DNA of 32,000 nt, taken from assembly GCA_964565945.1 (NCBI GenBank), contig CAZMGY010000030.1, forward strand, positions 1 to 32,000. Direction: 5' to 3'. Both the position numbers and the translations under genes were made by a program. The notes beneath the pieces were generated by a model. The model did no database searches. It saw only the letters and a program-made list of their open reading frames with translations, and was not told where the DNA came from. Of the stretch, positions 9,000 to 17,028 are shown one piece after another. Within the stretch, counting starts at the first letter, position 1. Every line of letters starts with the position of its first letter. The DNA comes from an uncultured bacterium (GTDB lineage: Bacteria; GCA-001730085).

Positions 9000-9617
9000 T
9001 CAAACTAATTTCGTTCTTAATTCCAAGGAACGTGCCATCGTGAATTTATCAACATACGACAGCTCGCTTCCAATTGCCACACCAAAACCAATCCGCGACA
9101 CACGAATCTCTTTAGCAAGAGACTTAACAGCTTTAAATACATAACTTGCAGTTGCTTCTCCATTAGACGTTGGGTTAGTTGCAATAATCACTTCTTTAAC
9201 CTGATTGTTTTTTAAGCGGTTCATCAAAGTGCCCACATTAATATCCGAAGGCCCTACTCCATCCAAAGGAGACAAAATGCCCTCTAACACATGATAGACT
9301 CCTTTGAAAGAGTCTGTTTTCTCAATCGCCATCAAGTCCCCACTCTGCTCAACCACACAAATCACCTGAGAGTCTCTCTGAGAGTTAGAACAAATAGAGC
9401 ATACTTCTTGTTCGGATAAATGATGGCAAATCTTACATTGTTTCACTTGATCACACACGTTTTGAATAGCTTTGAGCAAAATTTGGATATCTTCTTTTTT
9501 GGCACGGGTCACATAAAGTGCCATGCGTTCAGAGGTTCGAGAACCAATCGACGGCATTTTGGCAAAACAGTCAATCAGCTTTTGCAACGATGGCGACTTC
9601 ATCAAAACCAGTCTCAC
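9000..9617 (-). CDS. recR: Recombination protein RecR
   Basis: HhH segment (KMPSIGSRTSERMALYV), Cys4 zinc finger (CKICHHLSEQEVCSICS) and a Toprim region (ICVVEQSGDLMAIE...IIATNPTSNGEATA). The ORF-track start is a GTG at 9617; the ATG at 9602 (MKSPSLQKL) is an alternative. Confidence 0.9.
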   Translation of the reverse strand: MRLVLMKSPSLQKLIDCFAKMPSIGSRTSERMALYVTRAKKEDIQILLKAIQNVCDQVKQCKICHHLSEQEVCSICSNSQRDSQVICVVEQSGDLMAIEKTDSFKGVYHVLEGILSPLDGVGPSDINVGTLMNRLKNNQVKEVIIATNPTSNGEATASYVFKAVKSLAKEIRVSRIGFGVAIGSELSYVDKFTMARSLELRTKLV

Positions 9618-9639
9618 ACAATTTAAAACTAACCAGTGA

Positions 9640-9670
9640 TTGGAAAGAAAGAGGTGAACCGAAGTTCAAC
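9640..9670 (-). terminator. Possible intrinsic terminator downstream of tRNA(CAT)
   Basis: The reverse strand carries a TGAAC-TTCG-GTTCA hairpin, flanked by further G:C pairs after one mismatch, followed by CCTCTTTCTTTCC. The T-tract is interrupted by C residues, so the call is weak. Confidence 0.3.
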
Positions 9671-9727
9671 CACTTAAGGAAAAGGAAGTCCATTTCACAA
9701 CCACTGGCTAGAAACTTGTTTAATTTT

Positions 9728-9801
9728 TGGGCCCACAAGGACTTGAACCTTGGACAAACGGATTATGAGTCCGTTGCTCTAACCAACTGAGCTATAGGCC
9801 C
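9728..9801 (-). tRNA. tRNA with anticodon CAT; elongator type, likely tRNA-Ile2 (lysidine) rather than tRNA-Met
   Basis: The reverse complement is GGGCCTATAGCTCAGTTGGTTAGAGCAACGGACTCATAATCCGTTTGTCCAAGGTTCAAGTCCTTGTGGGCCCA, with anticodon loop CTCATAA. A G1:C72 pair and the lack of a GGG/CCC anticodon stem argue against an initiator. C4:G69 and C5:G68 match the acceptor-stem pairs used by E. coli TilS. No CCA is encoded. Confidence 0.9.
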
Positions 9802-9925
9802 TATATTCGCAGAACACACATTATTCATTTTCTAAATCGTGACTTAGAGATCCCTTTTTCTCTATAACCACCCTTCCTCACTGTGAGAAAGCATTATATC
9901 AAACCCTCCTCCCAAAATCAAAGTC

Positions 9926-9954
9926 CCGACAGAAACACTTTTCTTTGGTACAAT
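9926..9954 (+). promoter_or_regulatory. Candidate extended -10 promoter for the plus-strand gene
   Basis: CCGACA (9926..9931), a 17-nt spacer ending in TGg, then TACAAT (9949..9954). A strong AAGGGGAGG Shine-Dalgarno motif lies just before the ATG at 10001. Confidence 0.35.
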
Positions 9955-10000
9955 GACAATGGGTTTTTAGGGTCGAAAACATAATAAGGGGAGGCACACA

Positions 10001-10630
10001 ATGGCTCACTTCCCTGTGGCGTTTTTAACATTAGCGCTCAGCATACCAGTTGTCATCAAGCTAGGATATCCCTTTGTTGTCATTAGCTTTTTACTTGCTC
10101 GATCCACTCAAGATATCAAAAAAACCCTTAAAAATCTTTGCAAAACAGCCGTCAATATCCTTCAACATATTCACACAAGCAATAGCCTTATTCCCCCAGC
10201 TATCGAAGATATACAGGAGATTTGCACCCAAATTGATAACCAAAACTTAAACGCACAACAATACATTCAGCTTTACCATGCTCTCAAAAAAGAAATGCTG
10301 CTTATTTTCACTTATTGCGACGATTTCCAGCTTTTTCAGTTTGACCCGTCACTCCTCGAAAAAGTCCAAGCTTGGCAGCGTGCAGATCGCAAGCTGTATC
10401 GGCATAAACGTCAATTTAACCATCGGGTTATGCTCTATAATGATTGTTTAGAAAAAAATCTTGTACGCCTCAGTGCAACAATATTTCAACAAAAACTGAT
10501 TCCCTTACTCACCATTCACATTCCCAACGACCCATTACCCTCATTAAAGCTTCAGCCTTCGCTCAACCATTTTGCCAACAAACCTCAAAGCCATTCAGCT
10601 TCAAATCAAGAAGAAACGCTCTCTGTGTAA
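10001..10630 (+). CDS. Small membrane-anchored protein, possibly a divergent LemA-family member
   Basis: ATG with an AAGGGGAGG Shine-Dalgarno motif and an N-terminal hydrophobic helix (FPVAFLTLALSIPVVIKLGYPFVVISFLLA). Weak resemblance to LemA landmarks: SLIPPAIED versus dLIPnLve, and KRQFNHRVMLYNDCLEKNLVRLSATIF versus aRr.YN.av..YN..i..FP.n. The family call is tentative. Confidence 0.55.
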   Translation: MAHFPVAFLTLALSIPVVIKLGYPFVVISFLLARSTQDIKKTLKNLCKTAVNILQHIHTSNSLIPPAIEDIQEICTQIDNQNLNAQQYIQLYHALKKEMLLIFTYCDDFQLFQFDPSLLEKVQAWQRADRKLYRHKRQFNHRVMLYNDCLEKNLVRLSATIFQQKLIPLLTIHIPNDPLPSLKLQPSLNHFANKPQSHSASNQEETLSV

Positions 10631-10677
10631 CATGAGATACATAGAAAAAAGGCCACACTAGAAAACAAGTCATCGTC

Positions 10678-11289
10678 TTATCGGGATGTTTGTTTGCGAA
10701 ATTTGATTTTTTCGGGAATATTGAATTGTTTGTCAGGAATGTTGGCATTAATTTTAATGTTGTCATAGAAAATACTCACAACATCGGTATCATCAATTTT
10801 CATTTCAGCTTTCAAGGGCACCGTCCCTTTTTGCCAAATCCACAAGGTGTTCAGCACCTTAGCTTCCCCCTGCTGATGAGTGTACTCATAAACATCACAC
10901 TTTTGTCCCTGATAATCTTCTTCACGCATTTTTTTGACCCCAACGGTGTTCAAAAAAGCTTGCATTTGATCTTTCGATTGAAAAATTTCTGGTCCAAAAG
11001 GCATTTGAGGATTTTTGGTAAAAGGTGACACAGACCCTCTAGACGAAGCCGTAGAAAAATTATACACCTTGCCATCACGAATAATCGACGTGAACAAATT
11101 ACCTCCAGCCTCAAATTCGACACAAACAAGACCCTTTTTCATCCAAGCGTTACCTTCAAACAGCAAACCTTCTTTATTCGAAACAATCCGTTGAAAAAAC
11201 TCGATATTACGATATTCCTCGGCATGAAGATAACTTGAAACATTAAGCATAAACGCAAGTAATAAGAGCAATCCAAATTTACGAAACAT
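10678..11289 (-). CDS. Secreted LolA-like / lipoprotein-sorting-fold protein (DUF4412-like)
   Basis: Signal peptide (MFRKFGLLLLLAFMLNVSSYLHA), a beta-rich body, and a C-terminal IPDKQFNIPEKIKF segment of the kind seen at the end of LolA/LppX-fold proteins. The ATG overlaps the upstream gene's stop by 11 nt (ATGTTTCGTAA). Confidence 0.65.
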   Translation of the reverse strand: MFRKFGLLLLLAFMLNVSSYLHAEEYRNIEFFQRIVSNKEGLLFEGNAWMKKGLVCVEFEAGGNLFTSIIRDGKVYNFSTASSRGSVSPFTKNPQMPFGPEIFQSKDQMQAFLNTVGVKKMREEDYQGQKCDVYEYTHQQGEAKVLNTLWIWQKGTVPLKAEMKIDDTDVVSIFYDNIKINANIPDKQFNIPEKIKFRKQTSR

Positions 11290-12439
11290 AAGGTCCCTCT
11301 ATTTTTTTCTCAGATTTTTTAGAAGACGAAGCCATCATCTCTTCTTTTTTTTCGGAAGACTTCGTTTCCACGTATCGGTCTCTAAAGAATCCTGACGTTG
11401 AAAAACCAAAGCCAAAGCGAATGTCACTATCTTCAATATTTCCAGTTGGTTCATCACCCAACCAACAAGCATTATACAAGTATTCACCAAAAATATGGCA
11501 GCGCTTCATAGAATTTTTCCAAAAAGAATTTTTGACCTTTTCACTCGAATAAGCCCATGGATAATATCTCACCCCAGTACCAATGCGCAAATAATTTTCA
11601 AAAAAGCGTTCTTCGTATTTGGGAGAAAACGTCCACTGAGCCGTTAAATATGGGAAAACAATTCCATTTCGCCAGCGTTTGATAGGACCATACTTGGCAT
11701 CCCCTTTCGAAAAAATAGCATTGTAATTTTTATTTTCATTACTAAGAGGGTTCAAAATAGAAAAATTGGTTTTGTACCAAGCCAAACTAGTCCAAATCGA
11801 AAAGGCCATTGGATTGCCACTAAAAATATCATCATAATAATAGTCAAAACCAATTTGAACATCGTGATTTTTAAGACCTTTAGCAAAACTTGGCTTATCA
11901 TAATAACTACGATCGCTGTATTGAGCAAAAAAGCGAACACTCTTCAAGAAAGAAATCTTTTCATTTTCAGGAAAAGGATACCACTGAATCCCCGAATTCA
12001 CCTGATGATAATTCTGCCACCAAAAATTTTCACTGGTCTGAGTGGTAAAACTAGGAACAATACTTAAGAAAGGAGAAAAGGTTTTCTTTTCATTCAACCA
12101 CAAGCTGACTTTAAACTCGAGCCAACCATCTTCACGACTATAACGATCAACTAAGTCGGTGAAGTTGTATTTACTATGTATCACATTGCATTGTATGTCA
12201 AGCTGCAATCGCTCTTTGAACCAACCAGGCTCTTGCACTCGCATATCCGACTTGATTTTAAAATTATCATCATAAAATTCAGGAATATAACTGAGTAAGG
12301 GGTAATGAAGCTTAGATTTGTCCAACCACCGCATCAAAGGTGTTTGAGATTTTTTGCTAACAAAGGGTTTCGCATGTATTGTCGGAACCCTCACAACAAA
12401 CAACAAGAAACTAGCAAATAAGAAAATCCAGAACTTCAT
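11279..12439 (-). CDS. Secreted aromatic-rich protein, putative outer-membrane beta-barrel
   Basis: Signal peptide (MKFWIFLFASFLLFVVRVPTIHA), a W/Y/F-rich alternating pattern, and a beta-signal-like IRFGFGFSTSGFF followed by a K/E/S-rich tail of about 35 aa. No named family recognised. Confidence 0.65.
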   Translation of the reverse strand: MKFWIFLFASFLLFVVRVPTIHAKPFVSKKSQTPLMRWLDKSKLHYPLLSYIPEFYDDNFKIKSDMRVQEPGWFKERLQLDIQCNVIHSKYNFTDLVDRYSREDGWLEFKVSLWLNEKKTFSPFLSIVPSFTTQTSENFWWQNYHQVNSGIQWYPFPENEKISFLKSVRFFAQYSDRSYYDKPSFAKGLKNHDVQIGFDYYYDDIFSGNPMAFSIWTSLAWYKTNFSILNPLSNENKNYNAIFSKGDAKYGPIKRWRNGIVFPYLTAQWTFSPKYEERFFENYLRIGTGVRYYPWAYSSEKVKNSFWKNSMKRCHIFGEYLYNACWLGDEPTGNIEDSDIRFGFGFSTSGFFRDRYVETKSSEKKEEMMASSSKKSEKKIEGPYVS

Positions 12440-12465
12440 AGAAACTTCCTAGTTTACATTTAATT

Positions 12466-12489
12466 TTGACTATTTTTTTAAATAGTTGA
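12466..12489. repeat. AT-rich palindrome in the leader of the beta-barrel gene
   Basis: ACTATTT-tttt-AAATAGT is a perfect 7-bp inverted repeat (12469..12486), extendable by A:T and G:T pairs to 12466..12489. It lies between the predicted promoter and the start codon. Confidence 0.35.
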
Positions 12490-12527
12490 CAAAGACCGTC
12501 CCATGATTATTCGTTTCTTTGCCAATT

Positions 12528-12555
12528 ATTATACCTCAAATATTATAAAATTCAA
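12528..12555 (-). promoter_or_regulatory. Near-consensus sigma70-type promoter for the beta-barrel/LolA-like pair
   Basis: The reverse strand reads TTGAAT (12555..12550), a 16-nt spacer, then TATAAT (12533..12528), about 90 nt upstream of the ATG at 12439. Confidence 0.5.
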
Positions 12556-12672
12556 ACATTTTTTTTAGGGGGCATTATTTTGTCAAAACGCCATACACAT
12601 TTTATAGTATATACCATAAAATAAAAAAAATAAATAGAAATCATTTAAAATGAAATTTATTGCAACTCAAAT

Positions 12673-14211
12673 CTAATTATACGCCAAAATCGCGCGATCT
12701 AAGCTTCGATACTGAACCGCTTCCAGAACATGCTGAGACGTAATCAACTCTTCTTCAGACATATCTGCAATGGTACGACTAATTTTTAAAATTTTGCCGT
12801 AGGCTCGAGCCGAAAACCCCATATCTTCGACGGCTGTTCGCAAAAAATGCATCGCATCTTCACTGCACACACATAAGGTGCGTAAGTCAGCATCGTTCAT
12901 ATGAGCATTCACGGCATACTCTCCGTCTCCCAAACGCTCACGTTGAACCTTTCGTGCCGCATGCACTCTTTCACGAATAACATTCGATGGCTCTTCATCA
13001 GCCTCTTGACTCATATGCTCAAAAGAAACCGCTGGCACGTCGACATGTAAATCAATCCGATCCATCAGTGGCCCAGAAATTTTGGCACGATATTTTTGAA
13101 TCTGACTTGAAGAACAATGACACGACTTCGTCTCGTCAGTTAAAAACCCACAAGGGCAAGGATTCATCGCTGCCACCAAAATCAACTGAGCTGGAAACGT
13201 CGCCGACCCTGACGCTCTGACAATCGTCACCTGATCATCTTCCAAAGGCTGACGCAACACTTCGAGCACTGAACGACTAAACTCAGGCAGTTCATCCAAA
13301 AACAACACACCTCGATGAGCTAAACTAATTTCTCCAGGGCGGGGATCCTTCCCACCTCCCACAAGTCCAACATAACTTACACTGTGATGAGGACTACGAA
13401 AAGGTCTCTCCTGAACAAGTCCTTCATGAGCTAAAACACCCACCACACTTTGAATTTTAGTACACTCCAGGGACTCTTCAAAGGTCATTTCGGGCAAGAT
13501 GCCAGGAAAACGTTTGGCAAGCATGCTCTTCCCGCTACCTGGAGGCCCTACCATAAGGATATTATGACCCCCTGCCGCCGCAATCTCTAAGGCTCTCTTC
13601 ACAAAAACTTGGCCTTTAACATCCTTAAAATCTAAATACTTTTTGCGCACAAATCGTTCGCTCTCTTGCTCCAAACAATAAGCCACAGGACGCAAAGTTC
13701 TCTCGGCCGACAGCACTCGAACTGCTTCGGCCAGAGTTTTAACCGCATAGACCTCCATATCCTTGACCACCGCCGCCTCCTTACGGTTGGAGTAAGGAAC
13801 AATCACCTTACTCAATCCTAGTTTGCGCAAAGCCATCACCATCGGCAACACACCCTTCACTGGACGCAAGTTTCCATCCAAAGACAACTCTCCAAATAAA
13901 CCATATTCATGATAGGTATTCAATTCAGCTTGTTTCGAAGCATGAAGCAAACCAAGAGCCATCGGTAAATCATACAAAGCACCTTCTTTTTTGATCGAAG
14001 CAGGAGCTAAGTTAACCACCATCCGTTTTTGAGGAAAGCGATAACCAAAACTGCGAATGGCCGAACGAATCCGTTCGCGACTTTCACGAATCGCCGTGTC
14101 GCCCATGCCCACAATCACTAAATTGGGTAAACCTTCGGACAAATCAATTTCGACATCAATACTAAGACCATCGATGCCATCTAAGGCGGCTGAACACAGT
14201 TTGACAATCAT
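12673..14211 (-). CDS. comM: YifB/ComM family Mg-chelatase-like AAA+ ATPase
   Basis: N-terminal ChlI/Lon-like domain (GIDGLSIDVEIDLSEGLPNLVIVGMGDTAIRESRERI), Walker A GPPGSGKS, Walker B VLFLDELPEF and a C-terminal Mg_chelatase_C-like helix bundle. The 512-aa size is typical. Confidence 0.9.
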   Translation of the reverse strand: MIVKLCSAALDGIDGLSIDVEIDLSEGLPNLVIVGMGDTAIRESRERIRSAIRSFGYRFPQKRMVVNLAPASIKKEGALYDLPMALGLLHASKQAELNTYHEYGLFGELSLDGNLRPVKGVLPMVMALRKLGLSKVIVPYSNRKEAAVVKDMEVYAVKTLAEAVRVLSAERTLRPVAYCLEQESERFVRKKYLDFKDVKGQVFVKRALEIAAAGGHNILMVGPPGSGKSMLAKRFPGILPEMTFEESLECTKIQSVVGVLAHEGLVQERPFRSPHHSVSYVGLVGGGKDPRPGEISLAHRGVLFLDELPEFSRSVLEVLRQPLEDDQVTIVRASGSATFPAQLILVAAMNPCPCGFLTDETKSCHCSSSQIQKYRAKISGPLMDRIDLHVDVPAVSFEHMSQEADEEPSNVIRERVHAARKVQRERLGDGEYAVNAHMNDADLRTLCVCSEDAMHFLRTAVEDMGFSARAYGKILKISRTIADMSEEELITSQHVLEAVQYRSLDRAILAYN

Positions 14212-14286
14212 AATGCAGCAATATCCTTATTGAACTAATAAAATACTATGCTATACTAACAAAAAAAAGAATTGCTGTCTAATAAC

Positions 14287-14808
14287 TCAGGCTACCTGGC
14301 ACATATAAATCACACGTAATCGTGCAAAATAGTCCGAGTACTCCGCTGAGATGTACTCCCGATAGGTCCAGGGGTGGTCCACTGGCTGACCCGATTTAAA
14401 GCTGAGAGTCACTTCTCCGTAGATCTTCTGACCCAAGTAAAGACGATGAGCATAGTCCTTGGTAGTCGCCAACACCACCTTGGCCGCAGTCAGATAGCCT
14501 GGGTCTAGATTGATCCGACGATCGCCACTATCTGCCGCCCATTCTTCTTCTAAAATAATCGTCTCTCGTTTGATTCCAGCAAGATCATCCTGCTCAATCA
14601 AATTCTTAAACGCCACAAAACAGCGCTTCAGATGTTCGCCAAATTCGGACGCATAATACTCGGTATGTGTAAAATCCCAAGTATCCGACGCTTTAACAAC
14701 AGGACCATAGTTCACACACAACCTCTGTGTGACTTGGTCCATGATTTGTGAATCAGCCGCAATCATACCAACAAACAGTTGCACTTTAACTGGCATTTTT
14801 AAAGACAT
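14287..14808 (-). CDS. DUF4416-family protein (function unknown)
   Basis: Landmarks I recall for DUF4416: VKLFVGMI near the N-terminus, F.HT.YY..EFG, RINLDPGYL, LATTKDYAHRLYL and WTY.EY. The ATG at 14808 (MSLKMPVK) has AAGGAG 11 nt upstream. The ORF-track start at 14844 lies inside the structured element listed next. Confidence 0.7.
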   Translation of the reverse strand: MSLKMPVKVQLFVGMIAADSQIMDQVTQRLCVNYGPVVKASDTWDFTHTEYYASEFGEHLKRCFVAFKNLIEQDDLAGIKRETIILEEEWAADSGDRRINLDPGYLTAAKVVLATTKDYAHRLYLGQKIYGEVTLSFKSGQPVDHPWTYREYISAEYSDYFARLRVIYMCQVA

Positions 14809-14837
14809 AATAAATAAGGCTCCTTTTATCCCTCTTT

Positions 14838-14942
14838 TCGTCATCCCACGACTTGATCGCGGGAGCCATACTATAGATCAGCACCTGGACCGTGCTTTGC
14901 AATACCACGTGAAGTACACGGCAGATAAGCCACGGATGACGA
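14838..14942 (-). other. GC-rich structured element (candidate cis-regulatory leader or small RNA), cloverleaf-like
   Basis: A 9-bp closing stem (TCGTCATCC 14838..14846 with GGATGACGA 14934..14942) encloses three hairpins, each with a 7-nt loop: 14904..14922, 14880..14896 and 14845..14863. I counted 56 of 105 nt as G+C, in an AT-rich setting. It matches no RNA family I recognise. Confidence 0.35.
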
Positions 14943-14966
14943 TTTATAAAAAGTAGCTATTAATAT

Positions 14967-17024
14967 CTAGTTCAAGAACTGTTTTTGCTTTTCAACCACA
15001 TAAATTTCAAAAATGTCGCCTTCTTGCACATCCTTGAATTTGTCCAAAACAATTCCGCACTCGTAGCCTTCATTAACTTCGCGCACATCATCTTTTTCAC
15101 GACGCAAGGTGTGAATCTTGTCATCAGCCACTTGCTCATTACCACGAATCACGCGAACAAAAGAACCCCGCTTCACCTGCCCCGAAGACACATCGCAACC
15201 AGCAATCAGCCCCACTTTCGACGACTTAAATGTGGCACGAACTTCAACAATTCCAATATTGCGCTGAACATCTTTAGCATCCAAAATACCTTCCATCGCA
15301 TTGCGCACTTCGTCAACCACTTCGTAAATAATATTATAGATCCGAATATCAACATTATCGCGCTCTGCAGTTTGAGTTGCTTGACTATCAGAATTGACGT
15401 GAAAACCAATGATAATAGCACCAGACGCACGTGCAAGCACCACATCTGACTCGTTAATTGTTCCCACACCTTGATGTAAAATTTTAAGATCAACCTGGTC
15501 ATTGCTCAATTTCACCAAAGATTCTTTAAGAGCTTCCATCGACCCAGTGTTATCGGACTTAAGAACAATGTTCAGTTCTTTAATATCTCCCTGACTGATA
15601 TGGCTGTAAAGGTCTTCGAGAGTCATCACCTTTTTGCCAGAACTCAACTGTTGCTCTTGAGCTTGTGCTAAAAAAAATTTCTGGTAAGAACGGGCTTCTT
15701 TTTCACTTTTTACCACAGCAAACTGATCTCCTGCAATCGGAATATCACCAAAACCTAAAACTTCAACTGGCGTTGAAGGACCAGCCAGTTTAAGACGCTT
15801 GCCCTGATGGTTCATTAAAGCACGTACCTTTCCATAAGATTTTCCAGCCACCACAATATCACCCACTTTAAGCGTTCCAGCGGTCACCATCAAAGTAGCC
15901 ACAACACCACGCCCCTTGTCAAGATGGGCTTCAAAAACAACTCCACGTGCCGAACGATTAGGGTTGGCTTTAAGCTCCAACATTTCAGCTTCCAAAATCA
16001 ACATCTCAATCAAATCACTCAGGCCTTGTCCCGAATGGGCCGAAACTTCAACAAAAATAGTTTTACCACCCCAGTCTTCGGCTAACAAATCATACTCCGT
16101 CAACTGAGTTCTCACTCGTTGTGGATCCGCCTCTGGCTTATCACATTTGTTAACAGCCACAATAATCGGAACCTCTGCAGCCTTGGCATGGTTGATTGCC
16201 TCAACCGTTTGAGGTCTAACACCATCGTCGGCCGCAATCACCAAAACAACAATATCGGTCACTTGAGCTCCACGAGCACGCATCGCTGTAAACGCTTCGT
16301 GACCAGGGGTGTCAATAAAAGCCACATTCCCATGATCGGTGCTAACTTCATAAGCTCCAATGTGCTGGGTGATTCCACCAGCTTCTCCAGCCGTCACACT
16401 GGTATCCCGAAAAGCATCAAGCAAAGAGGTTTTCCCATGGTCAACATGCCCCATCATCGTCACAATCGGAGCGCGTAACTCTAAATTTTCGGGAACATCG
16501 TCTATCTCGGCAAAAATATCACCTACTACAACCGTCTCTTCAACAACTACAACCTTTTCTTTGATAAAACAGTTGTAATCCAGCAAAAGGTCTTCCACCA
16601 ACTCACGGCTGATTTCTTGATTAATAGACGCAAAAATTTTCCGATGCATCAATTTCTTAATCAGCTCGTTTACTTTAACATTGAGCTTTTTGGCCAAATT
16701 TCCAACGGTGATAGGAAACTTAAGACTTAACTCACGAGTATCATCTTCAGAATCAGTGGTCTCTTGCAGAGCCTCCTCAAGAGGTTCAGGCTTCGCCTTA
16801 GCTTTCGTTTCAACTTTAGGAGTGTCTTCCTCCTTAGACTTTTCGACAGGCGTCTCTTGATCCACACTAAAATTTCCAGCAACTTTAACTTTCACTTTGG
16901 CCACAATTTCATCGTCTAGCCCACTCATATGGCCTTTAACTTCGATCGACATATCTTGATGGAGCAGGGCTAAAAGATCTTTACTCGTTCGCCCTAGCTC
17001 TTTAGCTAGTTCATAAACTCTCAT
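14967..17024 (-). CDS. infB: Translation initiation factor IF-2
   Basis: G-domain motifs [20 protein letters not shown] and NKCD, plus an IF2 N-terminal [11 protein letters not shown]. The ATG at 17024 has AAGGAG upstream and lies 4 nt after the nusA TGA. The ORF-track start at 17081 would overlap nusA by 53 nt. Confidence 0.95.
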   Translation of the reverse strand: MRVYELAKELGRTSKDLLALLHQDMSIEVKGHMSGLDDEIVAKVKVKVAGNFSVDQETPVEKSKEEDTPKVETKAKAKPEPLEEALQETTDSEDDTRELSLKFPITVGNLAKKLNVKVNELIKKLMHRKIFASINQEISRELVEDLLLDYNCFIKEKVVVVEETVVVGDIFAEIDDVPENLELRAPIVTMMGHVDHGKTSLLDAFRDTSVTAGEAGGITQHIGAYEVSTDHGNVAFIDTPGHEAFTAMRARGAQVTDIVVLVIAADDGVRPQTVEAINHAKAAEVPIIVAVNKCDKPEADPQRVRTQLTEYDLLAEDWGGKTIFVEVSAHSGQGLSDLIEMLILEAEMLELKANPNRSARGVVFEAHLDKGRGVVATLMVTAGTLKVGDIVVAGKSYGKVRALMNHQGKRLKLAGPSTPVEVLGFGDIPIAGDQFAVVKSEKEARSYQKFFLAQAQEQQLSSGKKVMTLEDLYSHISQGDIKELNIVLKSDNTGSMEALKESLVKLSNDQVDLKILHQGVGTINESDVVLARASGAIIIGFHVNSDSQATQTAERDNVDIRIYNIIYEVVDEVRNAMEGILDAKDVQRNIGIVEVRATFKSSKVGLIAGCDVSSGQVKRGSFVRVIRGNEQVADDKIHTLRREKDDVREVNEGYECGIVLDKFKDVQEGDIFEIYVVEKQKQFLN

Positions 17025-17028
17025 GGTT

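Noticed and set aside
14838-14942. I considered whether the 105-nt cloverleaf-like element is a genuine tRNA or a tRNA-Sec gene.
   Set aside because: No hairpin has a canonical anticodon loop (U33 and purine 37 are absent). The putative D-loop lacks GG. The 54 nt between the D-like and T-like arms exceeds even class II or Sec tRNAs. The first base pair would be C1:G72. I keep it as an unclassified structured element.
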